From NCBI GenBank assembly GCA_037917675.1, contig JAVCBW010000005.1, positions 93,887 through 157,886 of the forward strand: a DNA stretch of 64,000 bases. Reading direction: 5' to 3'. Below are positions 10,364-18,796 of this stretch, piece by piece. The notes under the pieces are model-generated. The model saw only the letters and a program-made list of their open reading frames with translations. It did not search any database and was not told where the DNA came from. The DNA is from Thermoproteota archaeon. GTDB lineage: Archaea > Korarchaeota > Korarchaeia > B14-G2. A program made the position numbers and the translations under genes. Numbering within the stretch: the stretch's first letter is position 1; every line of letters begins with the position of its first letter.

Positions 10364-11508
10364 AGCTCTCTCTAAAGCTTGAGACCGACGTACTCGAGCT
10401 TGTTAGGCTAGTTTATGGAGCTAAGACGGATGCCGTCTTGAGGACGCTAGCTACCCCTACATCCAGGTACTTTGTCAGAGTAAACACCATTAAGACAAGC
10501 GTAGAGAGGCTGCTGAGAAGCCTCTGGAAAAGGGGGATCGAAGTACACGTGCACCCTGAGGTTGAAGAAGCCCTCTACTTCCCTGTAAAGGGACCATTCA
10601 CGCTGCAGCAGCTTGAAAGAGAAGTCAGGGCTGACAAGAAGGCTGCTGAGAGCGTTATACAGGGAGCAGACCTGTACTGCCCAGGGGTATTAAGAGCTAG
10701 TAGCGGCATCAAGAATGGAGATGAAGTCTCTATAGTAGAGGAGTATACTGGAGCTCATGTAGCCAATGGCATAGCAGTCATAGGCAGGAGAAGGATGCTT
10801 TCCTGTAGAAGAGGGAGAGCAGTTAGAGTTACACATCCACTGTTTAAGGCACCAAAGATCAGAGAGATGCCTGAGTACAGTGAGGGACTAATATACCCTC
10901 AAACTCTACCTTCAATGCTAGCAGTGCTAGCGCTGGAACCTTGGAGACACAGCCGGATACTAGATATGTGTGCAGCACCAGGTGGAAAGCTCACTTACAT
11001 CATGCAGCTAGCCCCACATGCTGAAGTCATAGGAGTAGATAGGAATAGGAAGAAGATCATGGAGATTAAGCAGACTATTGCAAGGCTGAAGATTCGGGAG
11101 GCAAAGCTACTAGTAGAGGACTCCAGATACCTTGACATCAGATACCCCTCACTCAGACCAGACGCCATACTCTTAGACCCCCCATGTTCAGCTTTAGGAG
11201 TGAGACCTAAGCTCTATGACAAGAAGACCAGGAGGGACGTAGAAGCCTTAGCGTGCCTCCAAAGACAGCTTCTGAAGGTTGCTGCAAAGATCCTCAAGCC
11301 TGGTGGGACTCTAGTTTATAGTGTTTGCACCGCGACAGCTAACGAGTGTGAGAAGAATGTAGAGTATGCAACTGCCCTGGGACTCGAGCCAACAGAACCC
11401 CATGAAGTGGTCAGAAAGCTTGGAGAAGCTTCAGATGGAGCTGTCAGATTCCACCCTCACATCCATGATACACCAGGCTTCTTCATAGCTGTCTTCACAA
11501 AGCAGTAG
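10360..11508 (+). CDS. RNA cytosine-C5 methyltransferase (NOL1/NOP2/Sun family) with an N-terminal PUA-like domain.
   Basis: The SAM motif DMCAAPGGKLTYI, DPPCSALG and the catalytic Cys region SVCT are present. There is a 4-nt ATGA overlap with nob1. Confidence 0.7.
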   Translation: MKLSLKLETDVLELVRLVYGAKTDAVLRTLATPTSRYFVRVNTIKTSVERLLRSLWKRGIEVHVHPEVEEALYFPVKGPFTLQQLEREVRADKKAAESVIQGADLYCPGVLRASSGIKNGDEVSIVEEYTGAHVANGIAVIGRRRMLSCRRGRAVRVTHPLFKAPKIREMPEYSEGLIYPQTLPSMLAVLALEPWRHSRILDMCAAPGGKLTYIMQLAPHAEVIGVDRNRKKIMEIKQTIARLKIREAKLLVEDSRYLDIRYPSLRPDAILLDPPCSALGVRPKLYDKKTRRDVEALACLQRQLLKVAAKILKPGGTLVYSVCTATANECEKNVEYATALGLEPTEPHEVVRKLGEASDGAVRFHPHIHDTPGFFIAVFTKQ

Positions 11509-11512
11509 AAAA

Positions 11513-11525
11513 CATTTAATATCCC
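11513..11525 (+). promoter_or_regulatory. tRNA promoter (TATA/BRE-like catttaatatccc).
   Basis: It lies about 23-35 nt upstream of the tRNA start. A near-identical motif (acatttttatccc) precedes the second tRNA-Leu at 15116-15128. Confidence 0.45.
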
Positions 11526-11547
11526 TGTAAGCAAAGTAATAGCTTAG

Positions 11548-11645
11548 CGGGGGTAGCCAAGCCTGGCCAACGGCGGCAGAAGCTGCTGAGACTCAAGATC
11601 TGCTCCCTTAGGGGTTCGTGGGTTCAAATCCCACCCCCCGCACCA
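11548..11645 (+). tRNA. tRNA-Leu (anticodon CAA). It has a type II variable arm and probably an 11-nt intron at a non-canonical position; CCA is encoded.
   Basis: The acceptor is GCGGGGG/CCCCCGC. The D-arm is GCC-AAGCCTGGCCAAC-GGC. The anticodon stem GCAGA/TCTGC encloses 18 nt ending CTCAAGA. The variable arm is TCCCTTAGGGG, the T-arm is GTGGGTTCAAATCCCAC, and the 3' end is ACCA. Confidence 0.7.
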
Positions 11646-11772
11646 TATCTAAAGGCCTGCTAAAGGCCTGCATGGAGATTGTATCCTCAAAATTGATCCA
11701 CCTGAAGGTGCGCACTTCTTAAGAATAAGAGTAGCATACGAACCATTGAACCGCTCTATTGAATAGAAGGAA

Positions 11773-12828
11773 TTGTTAAAAAATATAATTAGAATGGGAG
11801 TAGAAGTAAATGGAGTTATGACCGATGATGGCTTACATGTTAATGGAACAGATTTAACAAAAGCAATAAGCCAAAGATTTTGGATCAACTATTACATACT
11901 AAAACCTGAAGAAGATTCTGATGGAGATGGAATACCAAATAGCATTAAAATAGGTGAGAACCATTACAGAGCTTTAGATACTAATCCAAGAATACTAGAT
12001 CCAAAACCCATTAAAAATAGTATGAGTGTTGGAGTTTGGTATATTACAGGCTGGGGACTGAAAGGAAGATCAGTCGATTGGTCAATAGGCGCATCATTTC
12101 ATTCTCTTTTAGGAAATTATTCTTCTAATGATCCTGACGTAGCGGATTGGCATATAAAGTGGGCTGTTGAACATGGGATAAATGTCTTTATATCCCCTTA
12201 TACAAAGCCTTTATGGGGATGGGAGAATAATCTTGAAGATGGATTGCTAAGAGCTAGGTTCTTACCTTATATTAAGTGGGCAATCATGTTCAACAATGAA
12301 CCATTTTGGCCTGGAAATCCATTTGGATTTGATCCTTCTTACCTAGACAAGCTAACTAATGAAACAATAAGCTATATCGCAAAAAACTATTTTGACAGCC
12401 CTTCCTACTTTAAAATTGATAATAAACCTTTAATGATATACAACGCGGCAGTTTATCATGATGATATCATTGGCCATGAAAAATTTAGTAAGTTTATTGA
12501 TGAAATTCGAAATATCACAAATAGAACAGGAAATTCTGTTTATCTTGTAGGAGATGTTATGAGTACGTGGATAGGCTATGATGAAAATGCATTAAAACAT
12601 GCTAAAGAAGTTATAAGTTCTCTCGACGCAGTCTCCGCTTATGCAGTCCTAGATGCTGGCGAACATTGGGAATTTGATGAAAAAGGAAATGTACACCTAA
12701 TAAAACCCTACGATACTATGGTTGATGTTGTCACGATAAGTTTGACAAAACGGTCTAACGTATTTTTACCAAAGCTTATCTTCATAGCTCACCACTCAAC
12801 TCATGTCGGCCTTACAGGCCTTAGTTGA
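11773..12828 (+). CDS. AT-rich hypothetical protein with a DxDxDG calcium-binding motif and a glycoside-hydrolase-like central region. Its C-terminus is probably disrupted.
   Basis: It has roughly one-third GC by eye, against about half elsewhere. A DSDGDGIPN motif is present. W/F/Y-rich segments (WHIKWAVEHGINVF..., NNEPFWPGNPFGFD) resemble GH-like proteins. The composition switches near 12780, just before the IS fragment. Confidence 0.35.
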   Translation: MLKNIIRMGVEVNGVMTDDGLHVNGTDLTKAISQRFWINYYILKPEEDSDGDGIPNSIKIGENHYRALDTNPRILDPKPIKNSMSVGVWYITGWGLKGRSVDWSIGASFHSLLGNYSSNDPDVADWHIKWAVEHGINVFISPYTKPLWGWENNLEDGLLRARFLPYIKWAIMFNNEPFWPGNPFGFDPSYLDKLTNETISYIAKNYFDSPSYFKIDNKPLMIYNAAVYHDDIIGHEKFSKFIDEIRNITNRTGNSVYLVGDVMSTWIGYDENALKHAKEVISSLDAVSAYAVLDAGEHWEFDEKGNVHLIKPYDTMVDVVTISLTKRSNVFLPKLIFIAHHSTHVGLTGLS

Positions 12829-12830
12829 TA

Positions 12831-12983
12831 TGGTTAAGGAGGCGAAGGTGTTCAAGCGCAACAAGACTCCGTTGGAGAAGAAGGTGCTCGCCAGCATGCT
12901 ATGCTTTGCCGGCCTATCTTACAGGAAGGTAGCTAGCTTGGTCGATGGATGTCGAGGATGGCGGTGCAACGGGCATTCATAGC
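12831..12983 (+). pseudogene. Fragment of an IS transposase (N-terminal HTH region only).
   Basis: A 50-aa ORF (MVKEAKVFKRNKTPLEKKVLASMLCFAGLSYRKVASLVDG...) resembles the HTH N-terminus of archaeal IS transposases. It is followed by out-of-frame residual sequence with no catalytic domain. It abuts the truncated AT-rich ORF. Confidence 0.35.
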
Positions 12984-13234
12984 TATGAAGAGCTTACCTA
13001 AGCCTGAGGAGGGAAGGCTTCCCACTACATGAGTAAAAGTATGAATGTAGCGGGAAACCAGAACGGGAAATGTAGAGAGCATTTTGACGTCACGGTTTGA
13101 GATGTAGGATTGTCGAATTCTTCATGGATATCTGAGAGCAATAGCAGATTATGCTCAGATGGTCTTTAGCAAAGTTAATCTAGAGATCTGCTAGCAGAGT
13201 TTAGCGGAGTTTCCATCTGCACTTGGTGTAGGAT

Positions 13235-13993
13235 ATGAGGCTGTCGACGACACTTGCTATAATGGTACTGGGGGTGTTAGCTATCACAGCAGTCAGTTTC
13301 CTGATTCCTGGCAGAGAGGGGAAGGCGCCTTTTGAGCTTGAAGTCAGGTTTCAAGCTTCGGAGAAGTGTGTCTATGAGAGCACTAGCAGAGGTGGTGTGG
13401 CCAAAGTTGTTATGGAGTTGACTTCTCAGGTAGAGCTTAATGGAAGCATGTTCTATAGGATAGTTGGGAGTATACATGAGGAGGATGGAGAAAACAGTTA
13501 TGTTGTGAGAGAGGAGCTTCTAGCGTCATGCAATAGCCTTCTGCCTATCATAGTGAACCTCACATATGTAAACAATAGTGTTGTCGTCGCTAGGCTTAAC
13601 ATGACGTTCAGTCAGGAGAAGGGGAAGGTTCTGATATGCTTCTACAGAGCTGGGCTTGAGGATGCTAAGGTAGTGTGCATAGAGCCAGGTAGGAGGGTTT
13701 ATGACTCGCTCTCAGAGCTCTACTTCCTCAGGTCTATCAAGTGGAGAGAGGGTGTTATGGCTAGGTTCTATCTTTTGGCGTCAGACTTTAAGGTTGAGGA
13801 GGTGGAGGCTTCCTTTGCAGGATACGAGAGCCTGGTGGTCCCAGCTGGAAGCTTCAGCTGTGTTAAAGTCTTTGTTAGAACGCCTAGGGATGAGATATGG
13901 GTCTGGATAAGCTTAGATTCGCCTCACCAGATAGTTCAGATAGAGAGTAAGAGGGAGCAGTCTCTTCTCAAGCTTGTAGACTACAGCAGCTAG
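13235..13993 (+). CDS. Secreted or membrane-anchored hypothetical protein (N-terminal signal/TM).
   Basis: The N-terminus MRLSTTLAIMVLGVLAITAVSFLIP is hydrophobic. No recognisable domain was found. Confidence 0.4.
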   Translation: MRLSTTLAIMVLGVLAITAVSFLIPGREGKAPFELEVRFQASEKCVYESTSRGGVAKVVMELTSQVELNGSMFYRIVGSIHEEDGENSYVVREELLASCNSLLPIIVNLTYVNNSVVVARLNMTFSQEKGKVLICFYRAGLEDAKVVCIEPGRRVYDSLSELYFLRSIKWREGVMARFYLLASDFKVEEVEASFAGYESLVVPAGSFSCVKVFVRTPRDEIWVWISLDSPHQIVQIESKREQSLLKLVDYSS

Positions 13994-15003
13994 CTGGGCT
14001 CTTTAAGCAGGCTAGCTATGCTCTCAGATAGTACTATAACGTTAGTCTTCCCCTGAGGTCTCTTGATGACAAACCCTTTCTCCTCAAGAGCCTTTAAGAT
14101 CCTGCTGACTTTAGCCTTAGATAAGCCTGTTGCCTCTGGGAGCTCCTTTTGCAGCATAGATCCCCCAGCATCAAGCACCACTCTCAGAATAGCCTTCTCG
14201 TCTTCAGTAAGCAGATCCATGCGGGCTACCTTGGGGCCCTTACCTCTCCTCCTAATTCTCATGAGAAGTAAAGCTGCTATCATACCTCCTACTGTAGCTG
14301 CAGCTATGCCTGCTGCTAGGAGAGGGGCTTTAGTCCCCTCACCTGCTACGATAGAAGCTGATACAGAGACTCTCTGGCCTGGATCTAGATGGCTGAAGCC
14401 CCACTCTATGGTCATCTTACCGGACCAAATGTTTAACTCTGTTCTGTTTGGTGTCGGGAAGTATATGGGGAGAGCTTCGACTATCTGCTTCGCCATGTAT
14501 CCCTCTGGGAGGACGAACTTTATCAGAAGGCTGTTGACAGAGGCGTTTGGGCAGAAGAACTCATAGGACACATAGAGCTTCTCACCTTCGAGGACGCCGA
14601 CTCTGACATTGCGCCTGTAAGCATAAACGAACATCTTGAACTTGAACTCCTTGCTTGATCCAGGAGGAATACTGTCTTGGAAAGTTAACATCACGGAGTC
14701 ACGGAATCCAGAGACATTGCTTATGACTTTAACTGTATACCTCTGCTCACCTCCTATAGGCTCTGGAATAACCTCGCTTACCCTGTACTTCCTGAGAGCC
14801 TCAGGGGGTATGACTGGGAAAACCAGAGATCTTACTGGAACTTGCCCGCTATTCGACACGAGCCCTGAGACTACTATGGTAACTGGCGCGTCTGCTGGAG
14901 GAATAAGCAACTCCACCTCGAGCCTAGAGATAGTTGCCTCAGCCTGCTGAGGAAGGAGCGCTATAAAGGCTAGTAGAGCAAGCGACATTATCATCTTGAT
15001 CAA
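13990..15003 (-). CDS. Single-pass membrane protein with an extracellular domain and a cytoplasmic C-terminal winged-HTH (TrmB/MarR-like). This is a candidate transmembrane one-component regulator.
   Basis: It has a signal peptide (MIKMIMSLALLAFIALLPQQAEA), a roughly 230-aa ectodomain, a TM segment (LLAAGIAAATVGGMIAALLLM), an RIRRRGK stop-transfer, and then a wHTH (DEKAILRVVLDAGGSMLQKELPEATGLSKAKVSRILKALEEKGFV). Confidence 0.5.
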   Translation of the reverse strand: MIKMIMSLALLAFIALLPQQAEATISRLEVELLIPPADAPVTIVVSGLVSNSGQVPVRSLVFPVIPPEALRKYRVSEVIPEPIGGEQRYTVKVISNVSGFRDSVMLTFQDSIPPGSSKEFKFKMFVYAYRRNVRVGVLEGEKLYVSYEFFCPNASVNSLLIKFVLPEGYMAKQIVEALPIYFPTPNRTELNIWSGKMTIEWGFSHLDPGQRVSVSASIVAGEGTKAPLLAAGIAAATVGGMIAALLLMRIRRRGKGPKVARMDLLTEDEKAILRVVLDAGGSMLQKELPEATGLSKAKVSRILKALEEKGFVIKRPQGKTNVIVLSESIASLLKEPS

Positions 15004-15152
15004 AACATGACACCTTTAACATGATGGTATTGAGACTCCTAGCTGCTGGCATCTTTATACTTTTTCCTGAGCTGGCCTCAGTCTAAGGCATAGGTGAGAG
15101 GGAATACCTAAGATAACATTTTTATCCCAGAGCTTAGAGAGTATAGGTGAAT

Positions 15153-15271
15153 GCGGGGGTTGCCGAGCCTGGACAAAGGCGCAGGAGCCGTTATGGCGGT
15201 GTGACTTAAGATCTGGGTGGTGAGGCATCCTGTCCCTTAGGGGTTCGTGGGTTCAAATCCCACCCCCCGCA
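15153..15271 (+). tRNA. tRNA-Leu (anticodon UAA) with about 34 nt of intronic sequence that appears to flank the anticodon loop on both sides. CCA is not encoded.
   Basis: The acceptor is GCGGGGG/CCCCCGC. The anticodon stem CAGGA/TCCTG encloses 41 nt containing CTTAAGA. The variable arm TCCCTTAGGGG and the T-arm are identical to those of tRNA-Leu(CAA). Confidence 0.65.
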
Positions 15272-15278
15272 CAGGCAG

Positions 15279-15656
15279 GTGAGGACTTTGGAGAGTGAGC
15301 TGCTGCTAGCTAAGTTGAGGAAGCTGGCTCAAATGCAGAGGAGGATAGCTGTAGCAAGAGAGGAGGAGGAGAGGAGGAGAAGAAGAGAGGAGGAGAGAGC
15401 TAGACTCATATCCAGCATCACTACGCGGGATGGAGCTGAGAAACTTGAAGCTCTTAGAAGTAGTAGCCCGGAGCTTGCGAGGAAAATAGAGGATGTCATG
15501 CTGGAGATAGGTAGGATCTATGGGTTTAGGGTGGTATTTGACAGGTATGCTATTGAGGCTATCAGAAGGAAGCTTACTGGAGAGGAGACCAAGATAAGAA
15601 TTCAGAGAGAAGGGCGTACGATAGACTTCAGCGAGTACATTAGAGGAAAAACGTGA
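15279..15656 (+). CDS. PDCD5/TFAR19-like dsDNA-binding protein.
   Basis: It is 125 aa with a charged N-terminal helix, then a segment (KLEALRSSSPELARKIEDVMLEIGRIYGF) that aligns with the PDCD5 core ([29 protein letters not shown]). Confidence 0.45.
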   Translation: MRTLESELLLAKLRKLAQMQRRIAVAREEEERRRRREEERARLISSITTRDGAEKLEALRSSSPELARKIEDVMLEIGRIYGFRVVFDRYAIEAIRRKLTGEETKIRIQREGRTIDFSEYIRGKT

Positions 15657-15714
15657 AGACTGCTTCATAGGCTAAAGTTATAAATAGCTTCCTTCGGGTA
15701 CCTGCTGATCAGCC

Positions 15715-16521
15715 TTGCTAGCAGTTAGAGCCTTAGAGGGGCTTTTAGTTACATCTTTCTTAGGGCTGCTAAGCTATAAGAGGAGGCTAGTTGATGTAAG
15801 CGGTGTTATAGCAGGCATATTTGTTGGGACTAGTGTAATAGTATTCGGTAGCTGGAGGATGTTCATACTGTTAGCTACATTCCACTTTGTAGCAGGATTC
15901 TTCACACATTACAAGTATGAGGTTAAAGCAGCTAAGGGGGTTGCAGAGTTTAAGAGAGGAGCTAGATCCTGGCAGAATGTCCTAGCGAATGGGCTTATAC
16001 CAGCCTTAACTGCAGTGGCAGAATACTTCCATGGAGGAAGCATAGCAACCTTAGCCTTCGTTGGAGCTGTAGGAGCTTCACTATCAGATACACTCAGCAA
16101 TGAAGTTGGTGTCTTGAACCCCTCACCTCCGAGGCTAATAACCTCACTGAGGATTAAGGTTCCTCCAGGCTATCCTGGAGGAGTTTCTCCACTGGGGACA
16201 TTCACAGCGTTTGCTGCACCCTTGTCTCTAGGAGCTATGGCCTACTGGCTTAGAGTGATACCAGAGAGCAAGCTTGCAGCACTCTGTGTAGGTCTCGCTG
16301 GCGCCATCGGCTCTATGGTGGATAGCCTGATAGGCGCAACCCTACAGGGGGTTTATGTCTGTAGGGTATGTGGGAAGTTTACTGAGAGGAGGCACCACTG
16401 TGGGAGACCTGCTAGGCTTCATAGAGGCTATAAGGTGGTTAATAACCATGTTGTCAACTTACTGATGTCTACTGCTGGAGCAGCAGCTGCGGTGGCGATG
16501 TGGATGTTATTAAACTTCTAG
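15715..16521 (+). CDS. Polytopic membrane protein (DUF92/TMEM19-like) with a C-terminal Cys4 zinc ribbon.
   Basis: It has about seven hydrophobic segments. The motif RSWQNVLANG is present. The C-terminus is CRVCGKFTERRHHCGRP. Confidence 0.3.
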   Translation: MLAVRALEGLLVTSFLGLLSYKRRLVDVSGVIAGIFVGTSVIVFGSWRMFILLATFHFVAGFFTHYKYEVKAAKGVAEFKRGARSWQNVLANGLIPALTAVAEYFHGGSIATLAFVGAVGASLSDTLSNEVGVLNPSPPRLITSLRIKVPPGYPGGVSPLGTFTAFAAPLSLGAMAYWLRVIPESKLAALCVGLAGAIGSMVDSLIGATLQGVYVCRVCGKFTERRHHCGRPARLHRGYKVVNNHVVNLLMSTAGAAAAVAMWMLLNF

Positions 16522-16548
16522 GAACAGTTATAAATCATCGACGGAAGA

Positions 16549-16570
16549 TTTATATATAACCTTATATTAA
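16549..16570 (+). promoter_or_regulatory. TATA box (tttatatata, with a downstream cttatattaa) for tfb.
   Basis: It lies 27-36 nt upstream of the tfb ATG at 16585. Confidence 0.5.
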
Positions 16571-16584
16571 TTTTTTTGGTGAGT

Positions 16585-17538
16585 ATGCGAGAGCTCATAG
16601 GTGAGATACCTAAGAAGTGCCCATACTGTGGTAGTGATAGGATAGTAATAGATGCAGGTAGTGGAGAAGCTGTCTGTATGGGATGTGGTAGAGTAATAGA
16701 GGAGAACCTCATAGATAGTGGGAAGGAGTGGAGAGAGTTCGATGACGAAGTGAGTGCTGAAAGGGCTAGAGTAGGGCCTTCAACCTCACCTATCAAGGTA
16801 GGCTTTGGTCTAACGACAGAGTTCGACCTGTATAGCAAGGGGGTAAAGCTTCCCCAGGAGATTAGGAAGAAGGCAAGCAAGATAGCTCTCCTCCAATGGA
16901 GGGCGACAAGGGATACTATGCCAAAGAGGTCTGTTAGCGCAGCACTACCACAGCTAAAGAGGGCAGCCTCAGGTCTAGGGCTCTCAGATCACGTGATAGA
17001 GGAGGCAGCCATGATATATAGAAAGGCTTCAGCAGCAGACCTGATTAAGGGCAGAAGCGTGATAGCTACAATGGCAGCAGCAGTGTACATAGCTGTAAGA
17101 CTAAACTATGTCGCGAGAACTCTTGAGGAGGTAGCTAGAGAATTTGGAATCTCAGAGAAAGATCTCGGAAGGAATTTCAGGCTTCTGATCAGAGAGCTAA
17201 ACCTGAAGCTACCACCTCCATCACCAGAGGCCTTCGTAGAGAGGATCTGTGGAGAGCTAAAGCTTCCAGGTGAAGTGGCTGCTAGAGCCCATCAGGTGCT
17301 GAAGAAGGCGAGAGAAGCTGGTATAACAATGGGCAAGGAGCCCTGTGGGATAGCTGCAGCAGCAGTGTACATGGCTTGCCAGGAGACCAATGAGAAGAGA
17401 ACCCAGAGAGAGCTAGCTCAGGCAGCTGGAGTAACAGAGGTAACTGTGAGAAATAGGTTCAAGGAGCTTGTAAACAAGCTTTACCCCGGCAAGGTGATAG
17501 TGGAGGAGGTGGCAGAAAGGAGGAGGGGGAAGGAGTAG
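16585..17538 (+). CDS. tfb: Transcription initiation factor IIB (TFB).
   Basis: An N-terminal Zn ribbon (CPYCGS...CMGCG), a B-finger/linker and two cyclin repeats are present. The C-terminal RTQRELAQAAGVTEVTVRNRFKEL is the HTH of the second cyclin repeat. The ATG at 16585 is preferred over the track's TTG at 16576. Confidence 0.9.
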   Translation: MRELIGEIPKKCPYCGSDRIVIDAGSGEAVCMGCGRVIEENLIDSGKEWREFDDEVSAERARVGPSTSPIKVGFGLTTEFDLYSKGVKLPQEIRKKASKIALLQWRATRDTMPKRSVSAALPQLKRAASGLGLSDHVIEEAAMIYRKASAADLIKGRSVIATMAAAVYIAVRLNYVARTLEEVAREFGISEKDLGRNFRLLIRELNLKLPPPSPEAFVERICGELKLPGEVAARAHQVLKKAREAGITMGKEPCGIAAAAVYMACQETNEKRTQRELAQAAGVTEVTVRNRFKELVNKLYPGKVIVEEVAERRRGKE

Positions 17539-17853
17539 CTATTCCTCGACCTCAATCCTCTCAGGTGGGAAGCCACGTTTCTCAAGGAGCTCCCTGACCT
17601 TCTTCGTGTGCTTGCCCTGCAGTATTATCATATTCTCCTTGACAGTACCTCCACAAGCACACTTAGACTTCAAGTACTTGGCTACCTCATATATGTCGTC
17701 ATCTGGAACCCCCTCTATTATGGTTACATCCTTTCCCCACTTTCTTTTCTCTGCCCTTATCTTGATTATCTGGAGCTCTAGCTCACGGGTCTTACACGTG
17801 CAGAGCGCTATCGGCAGCCCGCAGATCTCACATCTCTCCATGATATCCCACAA
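17539..17853 (-). CDS. Translation initiation factor aIF1 (SUI1).
   Basis: Features are CEICGLPIALCTC, IKIRAEKRKWGKDVTII, ACGGTVKENMIILQGKHT and LLEKRGF. Confidence 0.85.
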   Translation of the reverse strand: MWDIMERCEICGLPIALCTCKTRELELQIIKIRAEKRKWGKDVTIIEGVPDDDIYEVAKYLKSKCACGGTVKENMIILQGKHTKKVRELLEKRGFPPERIEVEE

Positions 17854-17989
17854 CAGCCTCAGTCTCTAAAGCATACTACACTAGGGTTTAAAACTTTATC
17901 GTAGCTTAGGCTGTAGTCTCCTAGGCTAAGAGGAGACTTTCTTAAGGCAAGTTTAAAGAGCACGCTAAAGGTAGTTGGGGGGTGTAGCC

Positions 17990-18142
17990 ATGAGCTATAT
18001 ATGTGCTAAGTGCAAGAGGATAATGACGATTGAGCAGCTCCAGACAAGCTTTATGAGCCCGAGAGCGAGATGCGTCTACTGTCAGTCTAAAGTCCTATTT
18101 AAGGCGAGACCACCTATCGTGAGGAGGGTTAAGGCTATATGA
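17990..18142 (+). CDS. rpoP: DNA-directed RNA polymerase subunit P (RpoP/Rpb12). It is absent from the ORF track because it is under 60 aa.
   Basis: The 50-aa sequence is MSYICAKCKRIMTIEQLQTSFMSPRARCVYCQSKVLFKARPPIVRRVKAI. It carries a C-x2-C...C-x2-C Zn ribbon and a C-terminal RxPxVxxVKAI as in archaeal RpoP. Its stop overlaps the next gene's ATG (ATGA). Confidence 0.7.
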   Translation: MSYICAKCKRIMTIEQLQTSFMSPRARCVYCQSKVLFKARPPIVRRVKAI

Positions 18143-18678
18143 GCCTGCAGAAGCATATAGCTAAGAACATAGCCTCAGTGATCCTGCTTGCTATCAGCAT
18201 ATACATTGCTACCAACATCCTCGTAGTATATGCTCTCGGGACTAAAACTCCATTCACAGTGGTCACAAGCGGTTCTATGAGGCCTACTTTGATGGAGGGC
18301 GACCTGCTCATAGTACGGGGAGTCAGCAACCCAAACAGCCTTAAGGAGGGAGACATAATAGTTTTCAGATACAAGTTCAGTGACAAGCCTGTTGTACATA
18401 GGATAGTCAAGATCATACGTACGCAAGATGGAAGCGTATACTACCAGACGAAGGGTGATGCTAACCCTGCTCCTGATGCAGGGTATAGGACGATAGAGGA
18501 CATACTTGGAGTCGTAGCATTCAGGATCCCAAAGCTGGGTTATGTGTTCTGGTTCTTTCATACAACAGAGGGAAGAACTCTAGCACTTCTACTCATAGCA
18601 GGTATAGTGGTGTGGAGTATAGTCAGAGAGAAGAGGGAAAGAGAGGAGGAGCTGCTAGAGGAGACAGAAGAAGGGTAA
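18139..18678 (+). CDS. Signal peptidase I (archaeal Sec11/S26 type).
   Basis: There is an N-terminal TM segment, the catalytic box TSGSMRPTL and a C-terminal TM segment. Confidence 0.8.
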   Translation: MSLQKHIAKNIASVILLAISIYIATNILVVYALGTKTPFTVVTSGSMRPTLMEGDLLIVRGVSNPNSLKEGDIIVFRYKFSDKPVVHRIVKIIRTQDGSVYYQTKGDANPAPDAGYRTIEDILGVVAFRIPKLGYVFWFFHTTEGRTLALLLIAGIVVWSIVREKREREEELLEETEEG

Positions 18679-18796
18679 AGCAAGGTTCTCCTCTGAGCTC
18701 ATTGAATAAAAATTTTCACTTTTATGGAGAAGAGTGTTGCATAAAATGCCACTATGTATTTATAGAATGTCAATACAATAAGCTAGTGTGAGGTAG

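Noticed and set aside
11649-11888. 79-aa minus-strand ORF immediately after tRNA-Leu(CAA).
   Set aside because: It overlaps the start of the AT-rich plus-strand ORF and the tRNA-proximal repeat. AT-rich DNA yields chance ORFs. No motif was found.
15306-15668. 120-aa minus-strand ORF overlapping the PDCD5-like gene.
   Set aside because: It is antisense with a Ser/Leu-rich low-complexity product. The plus-strand frame has a coherent helical domain.
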